This document shows positions 13,756 to 23,831 of a stretch of DNA of 64,000 bases, piece by piece. Origin of the DNA: Aureliella sp. (GTDB lineage Bacteria > Planctomycetota > Planctomycetia > Pirellulales > Pirellulaceae); contig OY829846.1 of NCBI GenBank assembly GCA_963691875.1, positions 2,528,001 through 2,592,000 of the forward strand, read 5' to 3'. The translations under genes were made by a program, and so were the position numbers. The notes beneath the pieces are model-generated. The model ran no database searches, was not told where the DNA came from, and worked only from the letters and a program-made list of their open reading frames with translations. How positions within the stretch are numbered: position 1 is the first letter of the stretch; each line of letters starts with the position of its first letter.

Positions 13756-13784
13756 ATCAAACCCTGTTTCTGTACCCTCGGCTG

Positions 13785-14894
13785 CTACTCTGCCTGCCAG
13801 ACCGGATCGCCAAGAACATCCATGCGAGGTTCGATGCCTAGCCCGGGATTTTGGGAAGCTGCCATGCGACCATCGACTCGTTGGGGAGCTCCGGTGGCAA
13901 TCGATTGCGTCACATAGCTATTGAAATCTGTGCTGGTGAACAAAAAATCAGTCGGCGTGCTGTGAGCCAAGTGTGATATTGCGGCCGTGATGATGTCGCC
14001 GCCCCAGCTGTCTTCTAAGGTCATGGCGATACCAAGCGACACGCATAGGTCGCGAGCTTGCTTAGCACGAGTTAACCCGCCAAACTTACTGATCTTGATG
14101 TTCACCACGTCCATCGCCAAGTCGCGGGCCCCCTTGAGGATCGTGTCCGCCGAATTGATGACTTCGTCGAGCACGAATGGTAGATGTGTTTGCCGGCGAA
14201 CGCTGAGGCACTCTTCGTAAGTCGTACAAGGTTGTTCGATGTAGACATCGAGGTCGGCAACAGCGCCGACGACTCGCATGGCCTCGTGCATCAACCAACC
14301 AGTGTTTGCGTCTGCGACAAGTTTGTCCGTTGGTTCAAGAACAGCTCGGACGGCACGAATGCGTTCGATATCTTCGTTCGGATCGCCGCCAACTTTCAAT
14401 TGAAAGCGTCGGTATCCTTGATCGCGGTAGTCTTTCACGTTGGCAGCCATTTCGGCTGCTGGACGTTGGCTGATAGCTCGGTAGAGGACCACGTCTTCTC
14501 CGTATCGACCGCCGAGCAAATGGCTGACTGGCATACCAGCGGCTTTGCCGAGGATGTCCCAGCAAGCCATGTCGATCGCTGTTTTGACGTAGGGATGTCC
14601 CTTCATCACCATGTCCATCTTGTAGTTCAGTGCCCACAACTGCCTTGGGTCGTCACCTATCAACGAAGGCGCGAGTTCCGCGATGCCGGTTCGAGCTCCA
14701 TTGGCATATGCTGGCAAGTAAACGGGTCCCAAAGGACAAACTTCCCCATAGCCCGTGATTCCAGCATCGGTCTCAACTTCCACGACGGTCGAGTCAAAAA
14801 CATCAACGCTCTTGCCCTCGGACCAGCTGTAGTTGCCTTCATGCAGAGGTAGATCAACTTGGTAGACACGGATATTGGTGATTTTCAAGGACAT
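13785..14894 (-). CDS. Enolase superfamily (mandelate racemase/MLE subgroup) enzyme, most like cis-3-hydroxy-L-proline dehydratase / hydroxyproline-betaine epimerase
   Basis: [36 protein letters not shown], metal ligands ADAN / IEQP / LDE, second Lys in [15 protein letters not shown]. Confidence 0.8.
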   Translation of the reverse strand: MSLKITNIRVYQVDLPLHEGNYSWSEGKSVDVFDSTVVEVETDAGITGYGEVCPLGPVYLPAYANGARTGIAELAPSLIGDDPRQLWALNYKMDMVMKGHPYVKTAIDMACWDILGKAAGMPVSHLLGGRYGEDVVLYRAISQRPAAEMAANVKDYRDQGYRRFQLKVGGDPNEDIERIRAVRAVLEPTDKLVADANTGWLMHEAMRVVGAVADLDVYIEQPCTTYEECLSVRRQTHLPFVLDEVINSADTILKGARDLAMDVVNIKISKFGGLTRAKQARDLCVSLGIAMTLEDSWGGDIITAAISHLAHSTPTDFLFTSTDFNSYVTQSIATGAPQRVDGRMAASQNPGLGIEPRMDVLGDPVWQAE

Positions 14895-14931
14895 GCTCCG
14901 AGGTGATATTCCGCAGGACGAATGGTTCTAT

Positions 14932-15116
14932 GAACCGATGCGTGAATGAGGCGATATAGCCGTGACTCGCTGACGCTTCGGGTTGTGATGGAATGCAGGA
15001 CGCTTTGCGGTAGTGAGTGAAAGCGAAGGGCAAAAAACAATACGGACCTACGGCTAGTCGTTAGACGAGAAGCCTCGTCCAACGAGTTGCCGAAAGTCTT
15101 TACGACTTCCGCTACG
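14932..15116. repeat. REP-like extragenic palindromic elements
   Basis: Imperfect inverted pair AACCGATGCGTGAATGAG / CTCGCTGACGCTTCGGGTT (14933-14984), and GCCGAAAGTCTTTACGACTTCCGCTACG (15089-15116) with an internal palindrome. Both resemble recurrent planctomycete intergenic repeats (from recollection, not searched). Confidence 0.55.
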
Positions 15117-15300
15117 GCGAACAACTTCCTCTACTGGACAAAGAGATGATACACGGCGGAGGAGTTGGCGATAATGGTAGCGACCGAAAGAAGTAGCAGG
15201 GATAACCTTGGCCGTTTGAGTCCTCTTCACTACTAGGCCGAGTGACCAGGGCTTTAGGGGGCGAGGTACAAACTACGTCATCGCAGCACGAATGTGTTGG

Positions 15301-15852
15301 CTACTCCTGTCCCACCACCCGCAGCGTAGACTCGGTTTTGACTAAGGCAAAATCATCTGGAAACGTGTGAATGGCCTGGACTTGCAAACTTGCGGCGCGA
15401 GTTTCCAAGTTGAGGAAGCTGAGGCCACCAATGTCAACGCGACCGCTGGCGTTGAAGACGTGAATCAGCTCATGCGTTTCGCCAGTCTCTTTGAGCTGCT
15501 TTTGAATCATCCAGAACATTTCAGGCTTCACCCGCTGTAGTTCGAATGCATACTCGTATTCCGCTCCTGGCAACTCTACTACCTTCGAGCCGGATTTGCG
15601 AAGTGGCTCGGAGAGCAGATGACGGCCTTGAGGAACGGGTTGCAGATTGGAGGAGGCAATTTCGCTGACCGTCGTGTTCCCAAAGGTCCATTGGACAACA
15701 TGTCCATCATTGGTGATGTCAATGCGAGCAGAGTACCGGTCACGCTCGACACGCTGCGTTTTAAAGATCTGAAATAGTTCTGGATGCACGGACCGCTGCA
15801 GCAACTGAAACCTCAGCTGAGCGACTTTCGGTCGTACTGTCGAAACATCCAT
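15301..15852 (-). CDS. DUF2617 family protein
   Basis: VRPKVAQLRFQLLQRSVHPELF, ITNDGHVVQW, IHTFPDDFALVKTES. Confidence 0.75.
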   Translation of the reverse strand: MDVSTVRPKVAQLRFQLLQRSVHPELFQIFKTQRVERDRYSARIDITNDGHVVQWTFGNTTVSEIASSNLQPVPQGRHLLSEPLRKSGSKVVELPGAEYEYAFELQRVKPEMFWMIQKQLKETGETHELIHVFNASGRVDIGGLSFLNLETRAASLQVQAIHTFPDDFALVKTESTLRVVGQE

Positions 15853-16314
15853 AACGATTCAGATAGTTGCAACGTTTAAGAGGGAAAGATGGAAGAGTTT
15901 ACGATCAAAAGTCGGCCCTCCCTGGGCTGGATAGCCCGACATTTCCAGACTTGCTCGTTGTGCTCATAAGGGAAGGTGGATGCGGACAAACAATGTTGCC
16001 GTGTGACTCTCCAGTATAAACTCCTGTCGACAAAACCTCCAAGGTCGTCAAAGTCCAAAGCGAATCGGTACAAATTGCCTTGATGAGGCAACCCTATTTC
16101 CTTCCTTGATGCTTTTTGTGGAGTATGTTAGCTCGTCCGATTTTGTACCGTTGGAAAAGTGCATGGACCGCCACAGTGGAAGAAGCCGCGGGATGCTATC
16201 GAGATTCGTACTGTGCTAGAGCGACCTTCTACACCCAACAAACTATTGAATCACGGGCGAGAGACATTCTTTCCGTCCCCTTTCTTTGCCACCTCTTGAG
16301 CTTGCGACAGAACC

Positions 16315-17799
16315 TTGGCCGATTCCATTCAAGTTGTCTCCGTTTCCAGCGAAATGGTTCCTTTTGCCAAGACTGGCGGATTGGGTGATGTTTGCGGCGC
16401 GCTGCCGCGAGCACTGGAGCAAATTGGCGTCGGCTGCACAGCCTTCCTGCCCGCCTTTCGCAGTACGCTCCGAAGCGGCATTGCTGTCGAGTCCACGGAT
16501 CATACCTTTACGATCCCAATCGCGAATAAGCACGTTGCCTGCCGTCTGCTAAAAGCGACTCTACCTAACAGTAGTGTCACCGTTTATTTGATCGACCAAC
16601 CGCAGTACTACGATCGCGACACTTTGTATTCAGACGAGTTGGGAGAGTACAAGGACAGCTGCGAGCGTTTTTGTTTCTTCAATCGCGCCGTGGCGGAAGC
16701 GATTGAGTGTTTGGAGCTCCCAGTCGATGTGCTGCACTGTCATGATTGGCAAAGCGGTCTGTTGCCCGCCTACGTCAAAACTGGCTACCGGAACTATGCT
16801 TGGGCCAAAAACACCAAGACTGTGATGACGATTCACAATTTGGCCTACCAGGGGAGCTTCTGGCATTTGGACATGCCGCTAACAGACCTCGGCTGGGAAC
16901 ATTTCAACCTTCATGAGATGGAGTTTTACGGTCAGCTGAACTTGCTCAAAACCGGCATTGTGTTCGCAGATCAAGTAACCACCGTTAGCCCGACTTACTC
17001 ACGCGAGATCACGACTGAGGAATTCGGATGCGGCTTGGAACGGACACTTGCCTCACGAGGCGAGGACCTGCTGGGCATCGTCAATGGAGTGGATTACTCC
17101 GAGTGGAACCCATGTTCAGATCCGCACTTGCCACAAAACTACGATGCTGGTTCTTGGCAAGATGGCAAAGCTGTATGCAAGAGCTCGCTGCAGACCGAGC
17201 TCGGTATGGAAGTCGCTCCCGACAAGCCACTGGTTGGTATCGTGAGTCGGATGGCGGATCAGAAGGGCTGGGATCTGATCATTCCGCTGCTGCATCGCTG
17301 GGCACAAGATAAGTCGATTCAGTGGGTTATACTGGGCACGGGCGAAAAAAAATATGAAAAAGAACTTGCCGATCTTGCGTCTCGGTTCCCACATAACCTT
17401 GGTGTTCGCCTAGCCTTTTCCGAGGCCTTGGCACACCAGATCGAAGCGGCGAGTGATTTGTTCTTGATGCCAAGCCGCTACGAGCCATGTGGCTTAAACC
17501 AACTTTACAGCTTGAAGTACGGAAGTGTTCCCGTCGTAAATGCCACCGGCGGCTTGGTGGACACCGTGACGGATGCGAACGCTTCGACGCTCGGTGACGA
17601 GATCGCGACAGGCTTCATTTGTACCGATTATTCTATTGCAACCTTGGAGTATACGCTGCAACGAGCAGTGGAAACCTATTTGCATGAAAAGCCTGTATGG
17701 GCTCAAATTGTGGCCACAGGGATGAACATGGATTGGTCCTGGGGAAACAGTGCAAAGCAGTACCAGCAGATGTACGAGCGGTTGTTGGCTTCCCCCTGA
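16315..17799 (+). CDS. glgA: Glycogen synthase
   Basis: SEMVPFAKTGGLGDV (KTGGL ADP-glucose motif), HCHDWQ, TIHNLAYQG, TVSPTY, GIVNGVDY, MPSRYEPCGLNQLY, TGGLVDTV. Confidence 0.97.
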   Translation: MADSIQVVSVSSEMVPFAKTGGLGDVCGALPRALEQIGVGCTAFLPAFRSTLRSGIAVESTDHTFTIPIANKHVACRLLKATLPNSSVTVYLIDQPQYYDRDTLYSDELGEYKDSCERFCFFNRAVAEAIECLELPVDVLHCHDWQSGLLPAYVKTGYRNYAWAKNTKTVMTIHNLAYQGSFWHLDMPLTDLGWEHFNLHEMEFYGQLNLLKTGIVFADQVTTVSPTYSREITTEEFGCGLERTLASRGEDLLGIVNGVDYSEWNPCSDPHLPQNYDAGSWQDGKAVCKSSLQTELGMEVAPDKPLVGIVSRMADQKGWDLIIPLLHRWAQDKSIQWVILGTGEKKYEKELADLASRFPHNLGVRLAFSEALAHQIEAASDLFLMPSRYEPCGLNQLYSLKYGSVPVVNATGGLVDTVTDANASTLGDEIATGFICTDYSIATLEYTLQRAVETYLHEKPVWAQIVATGMNMDWSWGNSAKQYQQMYERLLASP

Positions 17800-17843
17800 T
17801 TCGTGTCATCGTTCCCGACTCGTCGTTTAGCAGGACAGTATGG

Positions 17844-18923
17844 GTGGCACAAGCAGAAGCCGGACCAACGTGGCAGTTCAAGGATGATCGCGTAAAGGCG
17901 ACCACCAATGAAATGCGCTATGACTGGTTGGCGGATCGCTGGGTTATCATGGCCCCCCAACGCACGGCTCGTCCCGACGACTTTCTGAAGAAGCCGAGCG
18001 AAATCCAAGCTGCCTCCAACTGCCCATTTTGTAGCGGCAAGGAGATGGAGACACCGGATGCTGTTGCCTCATACTGCTTGGACGGCAGCAAGGACTGGTC
18101 TGTTCGGGTCGTCCCCAACAAGTTTCCCGCAGTGAACGCGTGCGGTCCGGAGATCGAGTTTGCTCCTAAGTCGCTTTCGCAGCCAAACGGACGTATCGAC
18201 TTGTACCAGCGTCGCGAACTACATGGCGCTCACGAAGTCATCATTGAATGCCCTCAGCATCTTAGCTCCTTGAGCCAACTGGGGCAGAAGGAAGTCAAGC
18301 TTGTCTTCCAGGCCTATCGTGATCGACTTGATCATTGGTTGTCGGAGCATCGAGCTGAGTATGCGGTACTCTTTAAAAATGTCGGCGAGGAAGCGGGTGC
18401 TTCGCTCGCGCACAGCCATTCACAGCTAATCGCTACCGACCACTTGCCAACCAAAGTGCAACGCAGCGTCGAGCGAATGCGGATGTTCGAGGAGCAGGAA
18501 AATACCTGCCTTTACTTGCGAATGCTCGAGGATGAACTGCAACAAGGGCTTCGCATCGTTGAAGAAACGCCGGACTTTGTTGCCTTTTGTCCTTTTGCCA
18601 GTCGCATACCATTCTTGCAGACAATTGTGCCACGTAAGCACCAGGCGCGTTTTGAGCACTTGAATGACTTCGGGCTTGAGCAACTATCGTGGTTGACGCA
18701 CCGTCTAATACGACGCCTGGAGAACCTGCACCCCGATTCGTCTTACAATTTTGTGATTCATACTGCTCCGGCGTCGATAGGTGATGCAAGCTTTTACCAC
18801 TGGCGAATCGAACTTTTCCCGAGACTAACCAAGCTGGCCGGATTCGAATGGGGCAGCGATTGCTTCATCAATCCCATCACGCCTGAAGATGCAGCGCTGA
18901 GCATTCGCAATGCCGGTGTCTAA
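17844..18923 (+). CDS. GalT-like nucleoside-monophosphate transferase (galactose-1-P uridylyltransferase / ADP-glucose phosphorylase family)
   Basis: WVIMAPQRTARP, CPFCSGKE, VRVVPNKFPA, GAHEVIIE, FKNVGEEAGASLAHSHSQ, YHWRIELFPR, AGFEWGS. Start is uncertain (GTG 17844 or ATG 17913); the ORF-track start overlaps glgA. Confidence 0.88.
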   Translation: MAQAEAGPTWQFKDDRVKATTNEMRYDWLADRWVIMAPQRTARPDDFLKKPSEIQAASNCPFCSGKEMETPDAVASYCLDGSKDWSVRVVPNKFPAVNACGPEIEFAPKSLSQPNGRIDLYQRRELHGAHEVIIECPQHLSSLSQLGQKEVKLVFQAYRDRLDHWLSEHRAEYAVLFKNVGEEAGASLAHSHSQLIATDHLPTKVQRSVERMRMFEEQENTCLYLRMLEDELQQGLRIVEETPDFVAFCPFASRIPFLQTIVPRKHQARFEHLNDFGLEQLSWLTHRLIRRLENLHPDSSYNFVIHTAPASIGDASFYHWRIELFPRLTKLAGFEWGSDCFINPITPEDAALSIRNAGV

Positions 18924-19058
18924 CCGTATGCCGAGGGTCGGTACCAACCTTCTCTGAAGCTAGACCGCGGCAATCGTAGGCCAGTCTTTGCCTTCCAAGC
19001 CACCGGTGCTTCCAGCGACAACTTCCCCCCAAACTCCTTAACGACAAAGGTATGTTCC

Positions 19059-20219
19059 CTGAAGGTCAAACAACGCCGCGAAGATTTCGTGGTCACAGAA
19101 GTGAGCAATGGCTATCGGACTGGCGGAGGTCCGTTTGCAGTCTACACGCTGGAAAAGTCTGGCATCGGGACAGTGGAGGCCATTGAGGTCGTAAGGCGCG
19201 ACTGGGACATCGCCGGTTATCGCACCAGCTTTGGCGGCCGCAAAGATCGCCACGCGGTTACAACGCAGACCGTGACGATAAAGGATGGACCGATGGAGGA
19301 TTTTCCACATCAGAAATTCTCGCTGCGCTACCGCGGCCAAGCTGCAGAAGCATTCACAGCCAAAGACATTGAAGCCAATCACTTCCAGATTTGCATGCGC
19401 AATCTCACTCCACCGAAGGCTGAGGCTTGGCGTGCGAAGCTGCAGAACCTAGAGCTTTTGGCTCCGAATTACTTTGACGAGCAAAGATTCGGTTCGGTCG
19501 GTCGGTCCGGTGAGTTTGTTGCGCAGCCTTGGTGTAAAGCCAATTACGAGCGCGCCGTGTTCCTGGCCTTGGCGGAAGCCAACTCCAAGGACAGCCAGCA
19601 CGAGGCGGAGCAGAAAGAACTCCTACGAGAGAATTGGGGTGACTGGATACAATGCAAGGAACTACTAGCTCGCAGCAACCGCCGCAGCGTAGTAACGTAT
19701 CTATGTGATCACCCAGAAGGCTTCAAAAAGGCGGCGGGTCTAATATCCCGCGACATGCGAAGTTTGTATGTTGCTGCTTTCCAGGCAGCAATATGGAATG
19801 AGATGGTAAGCCGCTGGATCAAAAGTAAGGCGAGTGAAGCCGCGCTGCAATCGTCGACCTGTTGTCAACTCGCTTTTCCGACGCAAGCCTCTGATTTTGA
19901 AGGGCGTGAAAAGGACACTTTGCCACTTCCTTCTTCAAGACCGACAAAATGGGCTGCAGAGATGCGATCGATTTTGGAAAAAGTCTGTAGCGGTTATGAT
20001 CTCAAGCCACACAAGTTGCGATTCTCTTTTCCGCGCGACGTCTTTTTCTCGCGAGCTGCAAGACCGCTTTTCTTACAGATCGATGACCTGGATGCAGTAG
20101 TGGACGAAGATGAACTCAATTCATCCGCGGATACCGAAAAGTCCGCCTTGCGACTCGACTTCAGATTGCAGGCAGGCCAGTATGCAACCATGCTGATGCG
20201 CACATTGGAAAATTTTTAG
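19059..20219 (+). CDS. truD: tRNA pseudouridine(13) synthase
   Basis: KVKQRREDFVVTE, YTLEKSG, GGRKDRHAVTTQ, NHFQI, PNYFDEQRFGS, AFQAAIWNE, FRLQAGQYATMLM. The conserved N-terminus begins at CTG 19059, upstream of the first GTG at 19089. Confidence 0.92.
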   Translation: MKVKQRREDFVVTEVSNGYRTGGGPFAVYTLEKSGIGTVEAIEVVRRDWDIAGYRTSFGGRKDRHAVTTQTVTIKDGPMEDFPHQKFSLRYRGQAAEAFTAKDIEANHFQICMRNLTPPKAEAWRAKLQNLELLAPNYFDEQRFGSVGRSGEFVAQPWCKANYERAVFLALAEANSKDSQHEAEQKELLRENWGDWIQCKELLARSNRRSVVTYLCDHPEGFKKAAGLISRDMRSLYVAAFQAAIWNEMVSRWIKSKASEAALQSSTCCQLAFPTQASDFEGREKDTLPLPSSRPTKWAAEMRSILEKVCSGYDLKPHKLRFSFPRDVFFSRAARPLFLQIDDLDAVVDEDELNSSADTEKSALRLDFRLQAGQYATMLMRTLENF

Positions 20220-20873
20220 GCAGCCCACGAAAAGTACAGCATTGTTGCGAGCACGACCTCGCTGCGTAGCAGCTTTCACCCAAACTAAGCTCACGCATCC
20301 GCAAAGCGATTGAGCAAGAATCCTAAGCGACTTGTCTCTTTTCTTTATGGTTCAGAGAAGGCCAACCACATTTCGGGAATCAAAGTTCCGAAATACGTGG
20401 GCAGGTCACTCCTCCTTTCCCAGAGGACCGGAGAGGGCTCGGGCCTGGTTCACGCGAGCTCAGGAGCCGACTTCGCAATGCTGCTCTATTCGCCCAGGAA
20501 TTCACATAAGAACCGGGAGAGAAATCCGGGAAAGCTGCGTGATTTGGGGTTGCAATCCTCATCGGCTCTCGGCTCGGCGCGCCTGGCTCCCAGCAGTTCG
20601 CAAACCTATGTCAAATAAGCACTTACAGCGACACATGTCTTCGCTTCCTGCCTTGTTGGAAGCTAGTTAGCGTGGTAAGCTTTCGCCTGTGTTGGCGAAG
20701 TGGAAAAAGCGTTCGAATTGAAGGTTCAAATCGAGGTCTTTCCAGGCTGCCAGGTTGTTCCTGGGGAGCTCCTGACCGCCACTTTTCGTCCAGCAAGACC
20801 TTAGTCTAAAGTCATGCGGGTTCTCCCAATTCGGGCCTAAGGCAGACTAAAAGCTACCGCGAAGGATGTTGAT

Positions 20874-23726
20874 TTGTCGGATGTACCCCCACCGGAAGAC
20901 GAAAATCTACCAGCAGGCGAAGAGCCCAACAACGGTGACAGCGAAGCTGGCAATGGCGTTGGCACAGAGCTGATCGATCAGCCGATCGAAAACGAGCTGC
21001 GTGACAGTTATCTGACTTACGCCATGAGCGTTATCGTCAGCCGGGCGCTGCCGGACGTGCGTGATGGCCTGAAGCCTTCACAGCGCCGCATTCTAGTTGC
21101 GATGAATGACTTGAATCTTGGCCCCAGCTCCAAGCGAGTCAAATGTGCGAAGATCTCCGGTGACACCAGTGGCAATTACCACCCACACGGTGAAGCCGTT
21201 ATTTACCCGACGCTCGTCCGCATGGCCCAAGAATGGAACATGCGTCAAGTTTTGGTCGACAAGCAAGGTAATTTTGGTTCGATCGCGGGCCTTCCTCCAG
21301 CTGCGATGCGATACACCGAAGCTCGCCTGAGTGCCGCAGCAGCAATGATGCTGGACGACATCAAGCTCGACACGGTCGACTTCGTTCCGACCTACGACGA
21401 AGCTCGTAATGAGCCGGTCGTGTTGCCATCACGCTTCCCAAACTTACTGGTCAATGGCACGACTGGTATCGCGGTTGGTATGGCGACCAGCATTCCTCCA
21501 CACAACCTGCGTGAAGTTTGCTCAGGCGTCATCGCGTTGATCGACAATCCAGAAGTCACGATCGATGAGTTGCTTGAATTGATCCCAGGCCCGGACTTCC
21601 CAACGGGCGGGATCATTTGTGGGCACCTGGGAATCCGCCAAGGCTACAAGACGGGCCGCAGCACCATCGTCGTTCGCGCTCGCACTTCGATTGATACGAA
21701 AGGCAAACGCACCCGGATCATCGTCCACGAGATTCCCTTTCAACAGTTCCGCGACCGTGTGGTCGAACGGATCGCCGCGCTTGTCAGCACGGGCAAAATC
21801 AAGGGCATCTCAGGCATCCGCGACGAAAGCGACCTGAAAGAGCCTGTGCGTCTCGTCATTGACGTCAAGCAAGGGCACGATGCAGATGTGGTACTCAACC
21901 AGTTGTACCAGTATTCGCAGCTCCAAGATTCCTTCTCGTTGATTTTCTTGGCCCTGGTGGACGGCAAGCCACGCGAGCTAACGATCAAGGAGATGCTTCA
22001 AGAGTTCATTCGGCATCGCCTCGAAGTCATTCGTCGCCGCACGCAGTTCTTGCTAGCTCGAGCTCGCAAGCGAAAGCACACTATCGAAGGCTTACTGCTA
22101 GCCCTGGCAGATATCGACCAGATCATCCAGATCATTCGCTCCAGCCGCACTCAGCCTGAAGCGAAGGAACGGTTGATGGGCGTCGAAGTTCCTGCGTCGA
22201 TGATGCAGCGTGCATTGGGCGACAAGGGCTTTCAAGAGTTTCAAAACGATCGCGGTGTCGCCGATACGTACTCATTGACGAGCGTGCAGACCGATGCGAT
22301 TCTGGCCATGCGTCTTGGCCAACTGGTTAACCTTGAGCAAGACAAACTCTCCAACGAACACGCAGCTTTGCTCGAAGAGATCGATGGCTATCTCGAAATC
22401 CTTTCCGACGAAGCAAACATCTACGCCATCATCAAGGACGAGATGGAAGAAATCTCAAAGCGATTTGGAGACAATCGCCGCACGCAGATCTCCAGTGAAG
22501 AGATCGGCAATTATAACCTTGAGGATTTGATCACCGAAGAAACCATGGTGGTCACGATCAGCCACCGAGGTTACATCAAGCGAATTCCTTCGACGACCTA
22601 TCGAGCCCAGCGTCGTGGCGGAAAAGGTATCAAAGGTGCGAAGGTTGAGGACGAAGATCCGCTAGAGCATTTGTTTGTAGCGAGTACGCACGCGTACCTT
22701 CTGTTCTTCACGAACAAAGGCAAGGTCTACTGGCAAAAGGTTTATGATATTCCGCAACTTAGCCGCGAAAGCCGCGGGCGTGCTGTCGTCAACTTGTTGA
22801 ACCTGGAGGAAGGTGAGCAGATCGCAGAGTGTGTGGCAGTCCGCGACTTCAACCTTGAAGGCCACTTCCTAGTGATGGCTACCAAACAAGGGCTTGTGAA
22901 GAAGACGGCCTTGGACGCTTACTCACGCCCCAAGCGTGGTGGCATCATTGCGATCAAGCTCAAGGAAGACGACGAGTTGGTGGACGTCAAAGTCGTCGGG
23001 CCCAACGATCAATTACTGATGGCAACGGCTGGCGGCCGAGCCATACGCTTTGCCGAGTCTGATGCGCGAGCCATGGGCCGGAATACATCTGGTGTTCGCG
23101 GAATTCGACTCAAGAAAGGCGATACCTGCGTCGGTATGGTTGTCGCCGATCCTGAAGCAACTTTGCTGACTGCCTGCGAGAAAGGCTACGGCAAGCGGAC
23201 CTGGTTTGGGGCGGGCTCTGTACCAACCGAATCCGAAGGTGAAGGTGGTGATGAGGCAGCAGAAGCACCTGCGGCAGAAGCCGCGGAAGGCGACTCCGAC
23301 TCACCCAATTCGAGCCAGTCCTATCGGACTCAGAAACGCGGCGGTGGCGGCTTGATGGACATCAAGACCACGGATCGCAACGGTCCTGTTGTCGGAGTGG
23401 TTCAAGTCACAGACGAGCACGAGTTGTTGATGATTACTTCTGGTGGCAAGATCCAGCGTTTGGCAGCCAAGGAAATCAGCATCATCGGCCGCAACACTCA
23501 AGGTGTCCGCATCATGAACTTGGACGACGGCGATACGCTCACTGCTATCGTTCGCGTTCCGCGTGAAGAGGTGGATGAGGAGGACGAGGCTCAAGCTGAA
23601 GGTGCACCTGCGGCAGAGGCACCGAGTGCCGAATCAGCACCTGCCGAAGATGCTCAGTCTGAAGCTTCAGACTCTGGCGATGCTCCCGAGTCCGGTGACG
23701 TCTCAAGCGATGGCGATGACGCTTAG
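20874..23726 (+). CDS. gyrA: DNA gyrase subunit A
   Basis: [21 protein letters not shown], catalytic [15 protein letters not shown], GyrA-box QRRGGKG, six-blade CTD, acidic tail. TTG start after AAGGA. Confidence 0.97.
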   Translation: MSDVPPPEDENLPAGEEPNNGDSEAGNGVGTELIDQPIENELRDSYLTYAMSVIVSRALPDVRDGLKPSQRRILVAMNDLNLGPSSKRVKCAKISGDTSGNYHPHGEAVIYPTLVRMAQEWNMRQVLVDKQGNFGSIAGLPPAAMRYTEARLSAAAAMMLDDIKLDTVDFVPTYDEARNEPVVLPSRFPNLLVNGTTGIAVGMATSIPPHNLREVCSGVIALIDNPEVTIDELLELIPGPDFPTGGIICGHLGIRQGYKTGRSTIVVRARTSIDTKGKRTRIIVHEIPFQQFRDRVVERIAALVSTGKIKGISGIRDESDLKEPVRLVIDVKQGHDADVVLNQLYQYSQLQDSFSLIFLALVDGKPRELTIKEMLQEFIRHRLEVIRRRTQFLLARARKRKHTIEGLLLALADIDQIIQIIRSSRTQPEAKERLMGVEVPASMMQRALGDKGFQEFQNDRGVADTYSLTSVQTDAILAMRLGQLVNLEQDKLSNEHAALLEEIDGYLEILSDEANIYAIIKDEMEEISKRFGDNRRTQISSEEIGNYNLEDLITEETMVVTISHRGYIKRIPSTTYRAQRRGGKGIKGAKVEDEDPLEHLFVASTHAYLLFFTNKGKVYWQKVYDIPQLSRESRGRAVVNLLNLEEGEQIAECVAVRDFNLEGHFLVMATKQGLVKKTALDAYSRPKRGGIIAIKLKEDDELVDVKVVGPNDQLLMATAGGRAIRFAESDARAMGRNTSGVRGIRLKKGDTCVGMVVADPEATLLTACEKGYGKRTWFGAGSVPTESEGEGGDEAAEAPAAEAAEGDSDSPNSSQSYRTQKRGGGGLMDIKTTDRNGPVVGVVQVTDEHELLMITSGGKIQRLAAKEISIIGRNTQGVRIMNLDDGDTLTAIVRVPREEVDEEDEAQAEGAPAAEAPSAESAPAEDAQSEASDSGDAPESGDVSSDGDDA

Positions 23727-23808
23727 CGAGATTCGCCGAAAGTTCTGACAACTTCCTCCACGAACGAAGGGTACTGGACAAGCCGGAATGCCCCGTCTTG
23801 CGTCAACA

Positions 23809-23831
23809 GGCCCGTAGCCTGCTTACGGGCC
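23809..23831. terminator. Possible bidirectional hairpin between convergent gyrA and PI-PLC genes
   Basis: GGCCCGTA-gcctgct-TACGGGCC, an 8-bp stem overlapping the PI-PLC stop codon; no clear U-tract. Confidence 0.35.

Noticed and set aside
18921..19059. Stop-codon readthrough fusing the GalT-like gene to truD (same frame, single TAA)
   Set aside because: Both proteins are complete on their own, TAA is an efficient stop, and a 45-codon open spacer is plausible by chance.
20220..20870. 650-bp gap upstream of gyrA as ncRNA/riboswitch; IS3-like end GGGCAGGTCA at ~20400, similar motifs at ~30415 and ~51555
   Set aside because: No RNA family recognisable by eye; the IR-like motifs are short and lack adjacent transposase sequence. 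An Rfam or ISfinder scan would decide.
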